Assembly: GCA_964576615.1 (NCBI GenBank)
Contig: CAZNUU010000004.1
Coordinates: 4,663-68,662, forward strand
Source of the DNA: an uncultured Candidatus Saccharibacteria bacterium
Lineage (GTDB): Bacteria; Patescibacteriota; Minisyncoccia; Phycocordibacterales; DATDWN01
DNA length: 64,000 nucleotides
Direction of reading: 5' to 3'
Shown here: piece after piece, positions 49,901-57,836 of the stretch
Position numbering within the stretch: position 1 is the first letter of the stretch
Layout of the letters: each line of letters begins with the position of its first letter
Made by a program: the position numbers and the translations under genes
The notes under the pieces: generated by a model
What the model was told of the DNA's origin: nothing
Seen by the model: only the letters and a program-made list of their open reading frames with translations
Database searches by the model: none

Positions 49901-50801
49901 CACTAACTTTTACATTGCCACAACCACTACTGCTGGTACAGCTACCACTTCAACTCCGGCGATGCAGATAGCAATATCTACTGGTAATGTTGGTTTTGGT
50001 ACAACAACTTCTCTTGGGCCGCTCACCATGAACTCTGGTGCGTTTGTGACAACAGGAGGTACATGGACAAACGCGTCAGATCGAAACTTGAAGGAAAATT
50101 TTGTGGAGCTAGATATTAACGATATCTTAAACAAGATTATGCAGTTGCCGATAACACAGTGGAATTATAAATCTGAAAATATTAACATTCCTCACATCGG
50201 TCCAGTTGCTCAAGATTTCCATGCAATATTTGGTCTTGGTAATTCTGATACATCAATCTCGACCATTGACCCTGCCGGTGTAGCACTTGTGGGTATAAAA
50301 GCTTTATATAAAAAAATCGAAGACATTGGCAAATATTTTGCAGATAATGTTCTTAAAATAAACAAAGTCTCTACGGAAAACCTTTGTGTAAGTGATGATG
50401 AAGGTGAGACGTGTATCACTAGGGCAGAACTTCTAGCACTTCTTTCAAAATCAAAAGGGCAAAGCAGTAATACTCCTCCTCCAACGGCTTCGACAACTCT
50501 GTCTGTCCCGCAAGACACTTCCGCTCCAGTTATTACTATTTTGGGGGATAACCCAGCACAGATAGTTGTTGGCTCAACTTATTCCGACATGGGTGCCACA
50601 GTTTCTGATACCAACGCAGATGGAAGTGTAAATAATAATCTGGGTCTGCACTACACTGTAAATGGTCTAAGTACAGATTCTGTTTCGATTGATACGGCTA
50701 CTTCATCAAGTCACACCGTCGTATATTCGGCAGTAGATTCGTCAGGAAACTGGGGCTATGCAACTCGAACTGTAGAGGTAAAAGAAGCTGTTGCGCCGTA
50801 A
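46980..50801 (+). CDS. Large fibre/adhesin-like protein with T/S/G repeats, peptidase-S74 chaperone and C-terminal Ig-like (DUF5011-like) domain
   Basis: GxGTTSP repeats; SDRNLKENF..WNYK..HIGPVAQDF; DTSAPVITILGDNP. Confidence 0.8.
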   Translation: MIGDAVKRIVRKEFPTGKTVFSSLLISLLALSPLPLFASTYQTLAYQDVHKDRYLFAFNLISSVQNSLANLSDGQIGSKFSDEENQLISASQQNADKLGELINEKIDYLGYSINQGSADLVYQGELFFEYIFGLSLNNNPSGNYNFKSPISGGVSLSNLFEGKVISKFRNLFGNGINFPKVAEAKKIVEKKSEQISEKTKAAEVAVSNKPEPKVLAANISVPTSAIKKVINNYLAPTPKQDAALSILPNYVTKKDLDSRLKLLSEEFIKKISAININPVSGDDLANIYRQIALTQRIDQISNVTINNSYISSGSVGGVSVTNIVSNTGSTSIPNLVVNNTSTSTFAGGVAITGGCISVNGTCVGGGGGSGTPGGSDGQIQFNSGGTSFGGSSSLVWDNTNLRLGVGTTSPYAPLSVVGQIVAAYFTATTTLVNTFPYASTTALSVSSGLTLNTSTNGPLQAVGGIVSATTSIGVAYGGTGWASLQSNAVLLGNGSGKIATTSAGTDGQVLALVNGVPTWQSTTTLSTITGTLTVGKGGTNATSFSANSIVVSDAAGTTLIATGSKLTIGSLLSTTTATSTFSGALGIGTTSPWAVFSVNPTGGTAAAQFVVGSSSATNLIVLNSGFVGISSTTPTSRFGVNPQAGDIVAFAVGSSTKSLLSISTEGFGTTTLAGLNVNATATSTSNVGWNISNGCYAISGTCLSLSNLAGTLAVSKGGTNATSFAANSIIVSDAAGTTLIATTSNNFTLGSFIATSTTLNSYSLNNWTGFGTSTPVYEVTISSSTAPQLALSAGSGIAQWVFRNGGGDLYLATTTVAGTATTSITALTISGSGFGTTTIRGLTIANGQATSTSNVGWSITNGCYAIGTTCLSLSSLTGTLAVASGGTNSTSFAANSIITSDAAGTTLIATTSNNFTLGSFIATSTTLNSYSLNNWIGFGTTTSKYPLTISSSTASQLALSASSGFAQVVFRNDGTNFYIATTTTAGTATTSTPAMQIAISTGNVGFGTTTSLGPLTMNSGAFVTTGGTWTNASDRNLKENFVELDINDILNKIMQLPITQWNYKSENINIPHIGPVAQDFHAIFGLGNSDTSISTIDPAGVALVGIKALYKKIEDIGKYFADNVLKINKVSTENLCVSDDEGETCITRAELLALLSKSKGQSSNTPPPTASTTLSVPQDTSAPVITILGDNPAQIVVGSTYSDMGATVSDTNADGSVNNNLGLHYTVNGLSTDSVSIDTATSSSHTVVYSAVDSSGNWGYATRTVEVKEAVAP

Positions 50802-50826
50802 ATCGTCCTATGGTAGTCTTTTTGGA

Positions 50827-51354
50827 ATGGAAGGGGATTTTAACAAGGAAAAACAAGGCAAAAATGACGAGGTTCTAGTTTATGAAGTCTCGTATATTCT
50901 CCTACCTCATATAAATTCCGGGGATGTTCCAGCAAAAGCGGATTCACTAAAGAACGAAATAATCTCCCTGGGCGGCGAGATTATTTCAGGAGAGAACCCA
51001 GTCCTAATTGAACTGTCTTATCCAATGGTCAAAACCGTTGGTGCTACTCGTAATAAAGTTACATCTGGTTATTTTGGCTGGCTAAAGTTTGAACTAAAAA
51101 GAGGGGAGGAGGCGGGGATATTAAAGGTGAAGAAAATGTTAGATGGCAATAGTGATATTGTTCGATTTCTCCTAATAAACACTGTTAGAGAAAACACACT
51201 GCTTAACGGCAAGATGGTTTTAGTAAATGAGGAGAAAGAAAAGAAATCTCCAGACGAAGAGGTGCCTTATGAAGGCGAAAGTACAGAAGTAGTTGAAGAG
51301 AAAAGTACAACCGAAGATATTGATAAGAGTATTGATGATTTAGTAATTGTTTAG
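50827..51354 (+). CDS. rpsF: 30S ribosomal protein bS6 (acidic extensions)
   Basis: YEVSYIL, LSYPM, IVRFLLI; upstream of ssb-rpsR. Confidence 0.85.
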   Translation: MEGDFNKEKQGKNDEVLVYEVSYILLPHINSGDVPAKADSLKNEIISLGGEIISGENPVLIELSYPMVKTVGATRNKVTSGYFGWLKFELKRGEEAGILKVKKMLDGNSDIVRFLLINTVRENTLLNGKMVLVNEEKEKKSPDEEVPYEGESTEVVEEKSTTEDIDKSIDDLVIV

Positions 51355-51574
51355 AAAATTAAGGAGTGAAACGACTATAATTTACTTAACCCAGCCCCAC
51401 TTTTGGTAAAAAATGAAACAAAATATAAAACAAACAAATAGTGAAAAAATCTCTAGCGACGCGCGAAGGAATACTTCGGCCCTATTCGGGCCAGCGTCGA
51501 GGAATAGTTTACTAGCAAAAGTGGGGCTGGGTGAAGATTTTTATAATCGCTTCGCTCATTAAAAATCAATCATG
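51350..51574 (+). repeat. Stop-to-start hairpin element family B, copy 2
   Basis: Ends match 28240-28425; middle differs. Confidence 0.9.
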
Positions 51575-52009
51575 TATTTAAACAAAGCACTGATTATAGG
51601 AAATTTAACTAGGGATCCAGAGATGAGGTCTTTGCCGTCTGGCGTAAAAGTATCGAGCTTTTCGGTGGCCACAAACCGAGTCTGGAAAGATAAAAACGGT
51701 GTTAAACAAGAAAATGTTGATTATCACAACGTGGTTGTCTTTGGAAAACAAGCGGATATTGTTTCGCAATATTTGAAAAAAGGATCTTCGATTTTAGTGG
51801 AAGGACGAATGCAGACTCGCAGTTGGGACGATGCTTCGGGGGTGAAAAAATATAGAACGGAAATAATTGCAGAAAGAATCCAGTTTGGACCAAAGAGGGA
51901 AGGTTCAGGTGGCTACGCTGTGCCAATGCCGGAACATGAAGAAAAAAAGGCAATTGATACGATCGAGTATCCCGAAGAAGAAATTAATCCAGATGATATT
52001 CCATTTTAG
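51572..52009 (+). CDS. ssb: Single-stranded DNA-binding protein
   Basis: NKALIIGNLTRDPE, C-terminal DDIPF. Confidence 0.97.
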   Translation: MYLNKALIIGNLTRDPEMRSLPSGVKVSSFSVATNRVWKDKNGVKQENVDYHNVVVFGKQADIVSQYLKKGSSILVEGRMQTRSWDDASGVKKYRTEIIAERIQFGPKREGSGGYAVPMPEHEEKKAIDTIEYPEEEINPDDIPF

Positions 52010-52019
52010 GTGAAATTTT

Positions 52020-52220
52020 ATGAAACAAGATTATTTTAACGAAAACAATATAAAATACATTGACTACAAAGACGTGGATCTTCTTAAGAAGTTTTTAAAT
52101 CCGCATGCCAGGGTAATGTCTCGTAGACGAACTGGGGTTAGTGCAAAAAATCAAAGACTGTTAGCAAATGCCGTAAAGAGGGCTCGCTTCATGGGCCTAC
52201 TTCCTTTTGTAAGCAGATAA
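52020..52220 (+). CDS. rpsR: 30S ribosomal protein bS18
   Basis: IDYKD, QR.LA.AVKRAR..GLLPF. Confidence 0.96.
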   Translation: MKQDYFNENNIKYIDYKDVDLLKKFLNPHARVMSRRRTGVSAKNQRLLANAVKRARFMGLLPFVSR

Positions 52221-52260
52221 TCAAGATAGGAAAGGGGCGACCAGCAAGTCGCCCTCTTCT

Positions 52261-52467
52261 TTACCCAACCATCCCTTCTATTCTTGCGATCAAGGCGATG
52301 ACGTGCATTCTCACTATCTCGGGTTCGATGTAGCCCCAATCCGTACGATTCCGCATTGTCTCGAGGTACCTTCGTAGTTCCTCCAAGCGGGCCTTCTTGT
52401 CGAATCCGGCTGCAAGACCTGAAACGAATCGCATCTCGTCTCCAGTCGAATAAATGAAATCGCTCAT
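52261..52467 (-). CDS. Small hypothetical protein (GC-rich cassette)
   Basis: TTGAAA-17-TACTAT promoter, SD GGAGG, shared terminator at 52231-52262. Confidence 0.65.
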   Translation of the reverse strand: MSDFIYSTGDEMRFVSGLAAGFDKKARLEELRRYLETMRNRTDWGYIEPEIVRMHVIALIARIEGMVG

Positions 52468-52512
52468 AGAGCCTCCAGCGCAATAGTAATATTTTAAAGC
52501 TCAGATTTCAAG

Positions 52513-53094
52513 TTAGAAATTTGCACCACCAACTCTTTCTGTGTATTCGCCAGACTCGGTGTTAATTCGGATAGTATCTCCTTCTTTTATAAACATAGGC
52601 ACTTGAAGTTCTACTCCAGTTTCTACCTTTACACTCTTTGTGCCGCCTTGAGCTGTGTTACCTTTTACTGCAGGATGAGCCTCGATAACCTTAAGTTCTA
52701 CTTTTATTGGCATATCGACTCCAATCATCTTTTCTCCAAAGTACATTATCTCAATAACTGTGTTTGGTTTTAGAAATTTTCCTCGTGGTCCAATGACATC
52801 CTCCTTTAACGAAAATCTTTTGGATGGATCTTTTGGGTCGCAGAACCAGTATTCACCTCTGTTGTTGTATAGGTATTTTGCTTCTTTGGAATCAATTTCT
52901 GCTTCCTCTACCTTTTCAGACACATGAAAAGATCTCTCGGTTACTTTGCCAGTAATAAGATTTTTTAGTTTCGTAGCGTTAACTGGTTTTCTTTGCTGTT
53001 TTCTAAAAACATGGGCGTCAATAACTTCCCATGGTTCTCCATCGAGAACTATGTATTTTCGAAGTGTAACCTCACTGTAATCTAGCATTGCCAT
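52513..53094 (-). CDS. efp: Elongation factor P
   Basis: TKLKNL.TG, YLY, GNTAQGGTK..ETG..VP.FI. Confidence 0.93.
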   Translation of the reverse strand: MAMLDYSEVTLRKYIVLDGEPWEVIDAHVFRKQQRKPVNATKLKNLITGKVTERSFHVSEKVEEAEIDSKEAKYLYNNRGEYWFCDPKDPSKRFSLKEDVIGPRGKFLKPNTVIEIMYFGEKMIGVDMPIKVELKVIEAHPAVKGNTAQGGTKSVKVETGVELQVPMFIKEGDTIRINTESGEYTERVGGANF

Positions 53095-53158
53095 CCCATT
53101 AGAGATTTAAAATAATAAATTTCCCGGTCGATCTTCGTTAGCTGAATCTCTAACGGGA
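53094..53158. repeat. CCC...GGG inverted repeat abutting the efp ATG
   Basis: tcccattagagattt ... aatctctaacggga. Confidence 0.75.
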
Positions 53159-53247
53159 CAAGTAGGGGAATAATAGCTAATTTAAGCCATTTTATCTACT
53201 TGACATTTTATAATATATATTTACAATGTGGTTTAGGAGGTCGAAGT

Positions 53248-53436
53248 ATGAGATGGTTCGTAAAACGCATTCGTGGTGCCCAGGAGCACGTTGTGGGATT
53301 CGCAAACGACCACAATCTCAAACCGGGCGAGCTACTCGTCATCTCGTCAGATCCAGGAGAGTACAGCCGCTTTGGCGGTGGTCGGGAAGCTTCGGTTCTG
53401 CTAATGTACTACGCAGAAAAGGAGCTCGAGTCATGA
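53248..53436 (+). CDS. Small hypothetical protein (GC-rich cassette)
   Basis: TTGACA-16-TACAAT at 53200-53227; SD AGGAGGT. Confidence 0.65.
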   Translation: MRWFVKRIRGAQEHVVGFANDHNLKPGELLVISSDPGEYSRFGGGREASVLLMYYAEKELES

Positions 53437-53591
53437 CTCGAAGAATTGTCGGAGGATTTCTCGTCCTCGGTGCGATCATTATGGGAGTCATTCAGTATCG
53501 AACAGACAATCGTGATCTCATCGTGATCGGTGGTCTCACACTCGGTGTCGGGCTCATTCTGCTCTTCCCCAAAAGACAAGGCGTCTTGTAG
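53433..53591 (+). CDS. Small two-TM protein, translationally coupled
   Basis: ATGA overlap; SD AAGGAG; MTRRIVGGFLVLG... Confidence 0.6.
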   Translation: MTRRIVGGFLVLGAIIMGVIQYRTDNRDLIVIGGLTLGVGLILLFPKRQGVL

Positions 53592-53662
53592 CCGGTCAGG
53601 CAGAAGCTTGCAAAGCGAGTTTCATAGCTTGGCCGGTTTTCTGCATTTAAATACTTGAGTGA

Positions 53663-53847
53663 AAATACTCTTTTATAAAACATTGCACAGGAGCTTAGAA
53701 AATAAAAGCAAATTAGAAAGCTGAAGGCATTGTTTGAGCGTAGCGAGTTTGCCGAGAAGCTCAGTCTAATTTGCGCATTATTTTCTTGAGCGACGAGCAT
53801 GGTAAAACTTCAGTAGAAGTTTATACGCGTTTTGCAAAAGAGTATTT
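53663..53847. repeat. Nested intergenic inverted-repeat element
   Basis: Outer arms aaatactcttttataaaac/gttttgcaaaagagtattt; inner arms gcaaattaga/tctaatttgc. Confidence 0.7.
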
Positions 53848-53856
53848 GAACGACTA

Positions 53857-54972
53857 TTAGCCCTCGGCTTCCATCCCACCAGTACCTGGAACCATTGATC
53901 CACCGTTTTTCTTTAATCCAGCACGGATTTCTTTTAATATTGAGTCAGCAACTTTTTTATTTTCTTTATCTTTCAAAAATTGTCGTGTAGCATCGTAACC
54001 GCGGCCAAGTTTAACTTCACCAAACGAGTAGCTTGTGCCAGTTTTAGAAATTATGCCCATTTTCTCACCTAGGGCAATAAGTTCACCCTCACGCGAAATT
54101 CCTTCGTTATACATGAGGTCAAACTCTGTTTGTTTAAATGGTGCTGCCACTTTGTTTTTAACAACTTTAACTCTTATGCGTCCACCCATGACTTCTTCAC
54201 CTTTTTTTATTTGGGCAATTCGGCGGATATCTAATCGAACAGATGTGTAAAATTTGAGAGCTTTTCCGCCTGGAGTTGTCTCCGGATTACCAAACATTAC
54301 TCCTATCTGCATCCTGATCTGATTGAGGAAAATAACTATTGTTTTAGACTTGGCTACGATGGCGGTTAATTTGCGTAGAGCTTGAGACATTAGTCTGGCC
54401 TGCTTACCAACATGATGAGCTCCCATATCTCCCTCGATTTCATCTTTTGGTGTCAGAGCCGCAACAGAGTCAACAACAATTACATCGATTTTCCCGGAGC
54501 GAACAAGTGAATCCACGATTTCCAGGGCTTGTTCGCCATTATCCGGTTGAGAAATAAGTAAGTGATCTATATTTACACCGATTCTCTTGGCATATTCTGG
54601 ATCCATAGCATGTTCTGCGTCTATGAAGGCACAAATACCATCTTTTTTTTGAGCCTCGGCTATTACGTGAAGTGAAAGTGTTGTTTTACCAGATGATTCC
54701 GGCCCAAAAATCTCAATTATCCTCCCACGTGGCAGACCACCAACTCCAAGTGCCGCATCCAGACCAATTGACCCAGTTGATACTGCGTTTATATCGACAT
54801 GTGGCTTTTCGCCGAGCATCATGATGGAGTCATCGCCAAATTTTGTTTTTATTTCGCGAAGGGTATTATCAATGCTCACTTTTTCACCTCGACTAGGCAT
54901 TTCCCCGCCTGCGCGGGCAGTTTTTTCTGATTTTTGTTTTGATTTCATTTTTTTAGGATTTCGTTGAGCCAT
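53857..54972 (-). CDS. recA: Recombinase A
   Basis: [34 protein letters not shown]; exact start uncertain. Confidence 0.97.
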   Translation of the reverse strand: MAQRNPKKMKSKQKSEKTARAGGEMPSRGEKVSIDNTLREIKTKFGDDSIMMLGEKPHVDINAVSTGSIGLDAALGVGGLPRGRIIEIFGPESSGKTTLSLHVIAEAQKKDGICAFIDAEHAMDPEYAKRIGVNIDHLLISQPDNGEQALEIVDSLVRSGKIDVIVVDSVAALTPKDEIEGDMGAHHVGKQARLMSQALRKLTAIVAKSKTIVIFLNQIRMQIGVMFGNPETTPGGKALKFYTSVRLDIRRIAQIKKGEEVMGGRIRVKVVKNKVAAPFKQTEFDLMYNEGISREGELIALGEKMGIISKTGTSYSFGEVKLGRGYDATRQFLKDKENKKVADSILKEIRAGLKKNGGSMVPGTGGMEAEG

Positions 54973-55058
54973 AATTTTTCTGGCGCCTTGGGAGCGCGAC
55001 GGCGCGAGCACGAGGAATTTTCTAGCAAGAAAATATCCGTGCGCAAGAAAAATTATGG
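54969..55058 (-). repeat. Palindromic element family A, copy 4
   Basis: Arms ccataatttttctggcgc/gcgcaagaaaaattatgg (17/18 match) around the reverse-complemented core. Confidence 0.9.
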
Positions 55059-55082
55059 GGAGAAAGAAATCCGATTAAACTT

Positions 55083-55436
55083 TTAATATTCCTTTAAAAT
55101 CACTTGTAGTTTCTTTTCAGTGTAAGTTTTGAACTTATCACGTGCGTCTAGTTTTATTATATTAAGGCCAGGCGACAGAAGCAACTTCTCCTTAAAGTAG
55201 CCATTTTTATCCGTAAATATGGGTCGATCGTCAAGGTTTAGATACGCGGCATTCTGGGCACGGCCTTCTATTTCAATAAGCGTCTGGTTGTAAACCGCAC
55301 CATCCTGCGGAGTATTAACTTGGATCACTGGACCAGTTAGAAGCTTTTTAGCTTGAAACAATGTATAGCCTACAATAATAACTACAAATAACGAGATTAG
55401 GGTTAACCTAATAATAGTTCTAGCATTTCTGGTCAT
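55083..55436 (-). CDS. Small membrane-anchored Ig-like protein
   Basis: TM helix, GP.I....P.DG, G.F...L.L.PG.N.I.L.A.D. Confidence 0.7.
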   Translation of the reverse strand: MTRNARTIIRLTLISLFVVIIVGYTLFQAKKLLTGPVIQVNTPQDGAVYNQTLIEIEGRAQNAAYLNLDDRPIFTDKNGYFKEKLLLSPGLNIIKLDARDKFKTYTEKKLQVILKEY

Positions 55437-55438
55437 AT

Positions 55439-57625
55439 TTATTGTGGTTCTTCCGTTGTCGAAGCTGTTGCTCCAATGACTTCTCTTGGCTTTGCCCCTG
55501 ATCCAGGTCCAACGACTCCACGTTCTTCTAGCATGTCAATTAATCTAGCTGCTCTAGCATAACCAACTCCTAGTTTTCTCTGGAGATACGAAGTCGAGGC
55601 CTTGCCCGCCTCCAAGACAGTTTGTTTTGCCTCCTCGTACAAATCATCATCGTCTTCCATACTTTCGTTTTCTAACGTCGCCTCAAAGATACTATTTTTC
55701 TCCACCTGCCCGGTAATGTTTATCTCGCTAGGTATTTCGTCAGCATACGTATCAACCAAGTACTTCACGACCGCTTTTGTTTCTGTTTCTGATATGTAAG
55801 CTGATTGAATTCTGGTCGGTTGGGACATTTCACCCGAAAGATAGAGCATGTCGCCGGCACCCAAGAGCTTTTCAGCTCCGCTCATATCCAAGATTGTTCG
55901 AGAGTCGATCTGGGAGGCCACTTGAAGTGCAATACGTGAAGGAATATTGGCTTTAATAAGACCGGTTATCACGTTAACAGACGGTCTTTGAGTTGAAAGA
56001 ATGAGGTGAATTCCCACTGCTCGGGACATCTGAGCAAGTCGAACAATTGTGGCTTCAAGCTCTCTGGGATAGGCTGACATAATATCTGCAAGTTCATCGA
56101 TGACGATGACGATATACGGCATAGTATCGATTGGCTTATCATCTTCACTTTTTTTGCCCTTAGCCTTTTTTAGCTCTGGTTCCAAAACATTTTTATGATA
56201 CGAAGCAATATTTTGAAGCCCTTCTGCTTGTAGCACGTCGTAGCGTCTGTCCATCTCTTTGGCCGCCCACTTTAAAGCCAGAATGGTTTTCTTTGCATCA
56301 GTAATAACTGGAGTAAGTAAATGTGGAATTTTATTATACAACGTTAACTCGACTCTCTTCGGATCAATCATTATAAATTTTAAGTTATCTGGGGAATTTC
56401 TGTATAAAAGCGAAGTGATAAGTGCGTGAATTGTGATGGACTTACCTGAGCCTGTAGCTCCGGCAATCAAAATATGAGGAGCTTTGGCTAAGTTTTCAAA
56501 ATAGGAAATGCCAGAAATTCCTCGGCCAAGCGACATTAGAAGTGGTTTATCTGAGTTCTTAAAATCATCTGTATCTAATAGTGTACCGAGCCCAACTGTG
56601 GTTTTTATACTGTTTGGTATTTCGATTCCAACTAGTGATTTTCCCGGAATTGGGGCTTCTATTCTGATTGGATGTGCAGCTAAGGCTAAAGACAAATCAT
56701 TCTGAAGTCCGACTATTCTAGAAAGTTTTACTCCCTCAGCTGGTTTCAAAGCATATCTGGTTATGGAAGGTCCAATTGAGATCTCATCCATCTCCACATT
56801 TATGCCGAAATTGGCTAAAGTTCTTTTTATAATATTTGAATTAGCTTTAATATCGCCAACTCCAGGTTTGCCCTTATCACCTTGTAGCAGCGAAAGTGGT
56901 GGCGGAGTATATTCTCTGTTCCATAGGAGTGGACTTATACCGAACTCGTCTTTCTGGGTAGATTTCTGAACTGGCGCAACTGCTGCCTCGGGTGGGGGTT
57001 CACTTTTTTGAAAGAATGATTTTGCAGTTTCAACTACAGGATTCAACTGCTCCGGATTTGTTATTAATAATTCTGGCTCAGCATCCTCCCCTTCTTCCAA
57101 CTTCTTTTTTCTAAAGAGTGAAGTGAGGAGTTCAATGTTTATTGTTGCATCAAATATTACCAGAATAGAAATAACAATAAGCGCAATCAGGATCACAATA
57201 CTTAGGGGAGTATCGAATAATTTAATGAGTGGGGAAGAGGTGTAACTTCCAACCAATCCTCCCTTATCTGGCATGGAAATACTGATAAGCGAAAGGCTAG
57301 AAATAAAAAAGATTAACCCTCCGATGCTATGTGTCAGAGCCAATTTTTTGTGAAGTGAACGTAAAAATGAGATGCCGAGGATTACAAATAAGATAGGCAA
57401 GAGGTAGTATCCGACACCAAACAGATAATGAAAAAAGCTATAAGTTTCCGCACCCACAACACCACCTTTGCCTATTGGCCCAGAAGAGAGTACAAGAAGC
57501 ACGCTTAAGACAAAAAAAACAACTGCTGATATAGCTCTCATGGTCTCATCTCGAAGGTAATTTCCAAGTGATAGTTCCGACTCACTCTTGCCCCGTTTCT
57601 TATCAGCCTTTTTTTGTCTTGCCAT
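55439..57625 (-). CDS. ftsK: DNA translocase FtsK
   Basis: 4TM N-terminus, GATGSGKS, IDELAD, STQRPS, gamma domain. Confidence 0.96.
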   Translation of the reverse strand: MARQKKADKKRGKSESELSLGNYLRDETMRAISAVVFFVLSVLLVLSSGPIGKGGVVGAETYSFFHYLFGVGYYLLPILFVILGISFLRSLHKKLALTHSIGGLIFFISSLSLISISMPDKGGLVGSYTSSPLIKLFDTPLSIVILIALIVISILVIFDATINIELLTSLFRKKKLEEGEDAEPELLITNPEQLNPVVETAKSFFQKSEPPPEAAVAPVQKSTQKDEFGISPLLWNREYTPPPLSLLQGDKGKPGVGDIKANSNIIKRTLANFGINVEMDEISIGPSITRYALKPAEGVKLSRIVGLQNDLSLALAAHPIRIEAPIPGKSLVGIEIPNSIKTTVGLGTLLDTDDFKNSDKPLLMSLGRGISGISYFENLAKAPHILIAGATGSGKSITIHALITSLLYRNSPDNLKFIMIDPKRVELTLYNKIPHLLTPVITDAKKTILALKWAAKEMDRRYDVLQAEGLQNIASYHKNVLEPELKKAKGKKSEDDKPIDTMPYIVIVIDELADIMSAYPRELEATIVRLAQMSRAVGIHLILSTQRPSVNVITGLIKANIPSRIALQVASQIDSRTILDMSGAEKLLGAGDMLYLSGEMSQPTRIQSAYISETETKAVVKYLVDTYADEIPSEINITGQVEKNSIFEATLENESMEDDDDLYEEAKQTVLEAGKASTSYLQRKLGVGYARAARLIDMLEERGVVGPGSGAKPREVIGATASTTEEPQ

Positions 57626-57715
57626 CCTAGATATTCTAACAGATTCCAAAATGATGGGAAATTTTAGTTAGAATAGAAATAATAGGATATGTAAAGTAGG
57701 GAAGTCTTGATTCCG

Positions 57716-57817
57716 TGTCCTTTAAAGCATATAATAGACATGACCTTGACGATATAAAAGACACGTGATATTATAAAGGACATTTAAGGACAGTCAAATT
57801 TATAAAGGACATTTAAG
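57716..57817. repeat. Cluster of TAAAGGACA-like iteron motifs
   Basis: Six variants, including the 18-bp direct repeat ttataaaggacatttaag at 57771 and 57800. Confidence 0.75.
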
Positions 57818-57836
57818 TTAGCCATATAATGCACAA

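Noticed and set aside
46980-50801. Prophage
   Set aside because: The fibre-like gene is flanked by tatD and rpsF with no terminase, capsid or integrase genes
468-53591. Classical integron cassettes as the explanation for the GC-rich ORFs
   Set aside because: No integrase or tandem array, the cassettes carry their own promoters, and no clear RYYYAAC/GTTRRRY attC ends were seen
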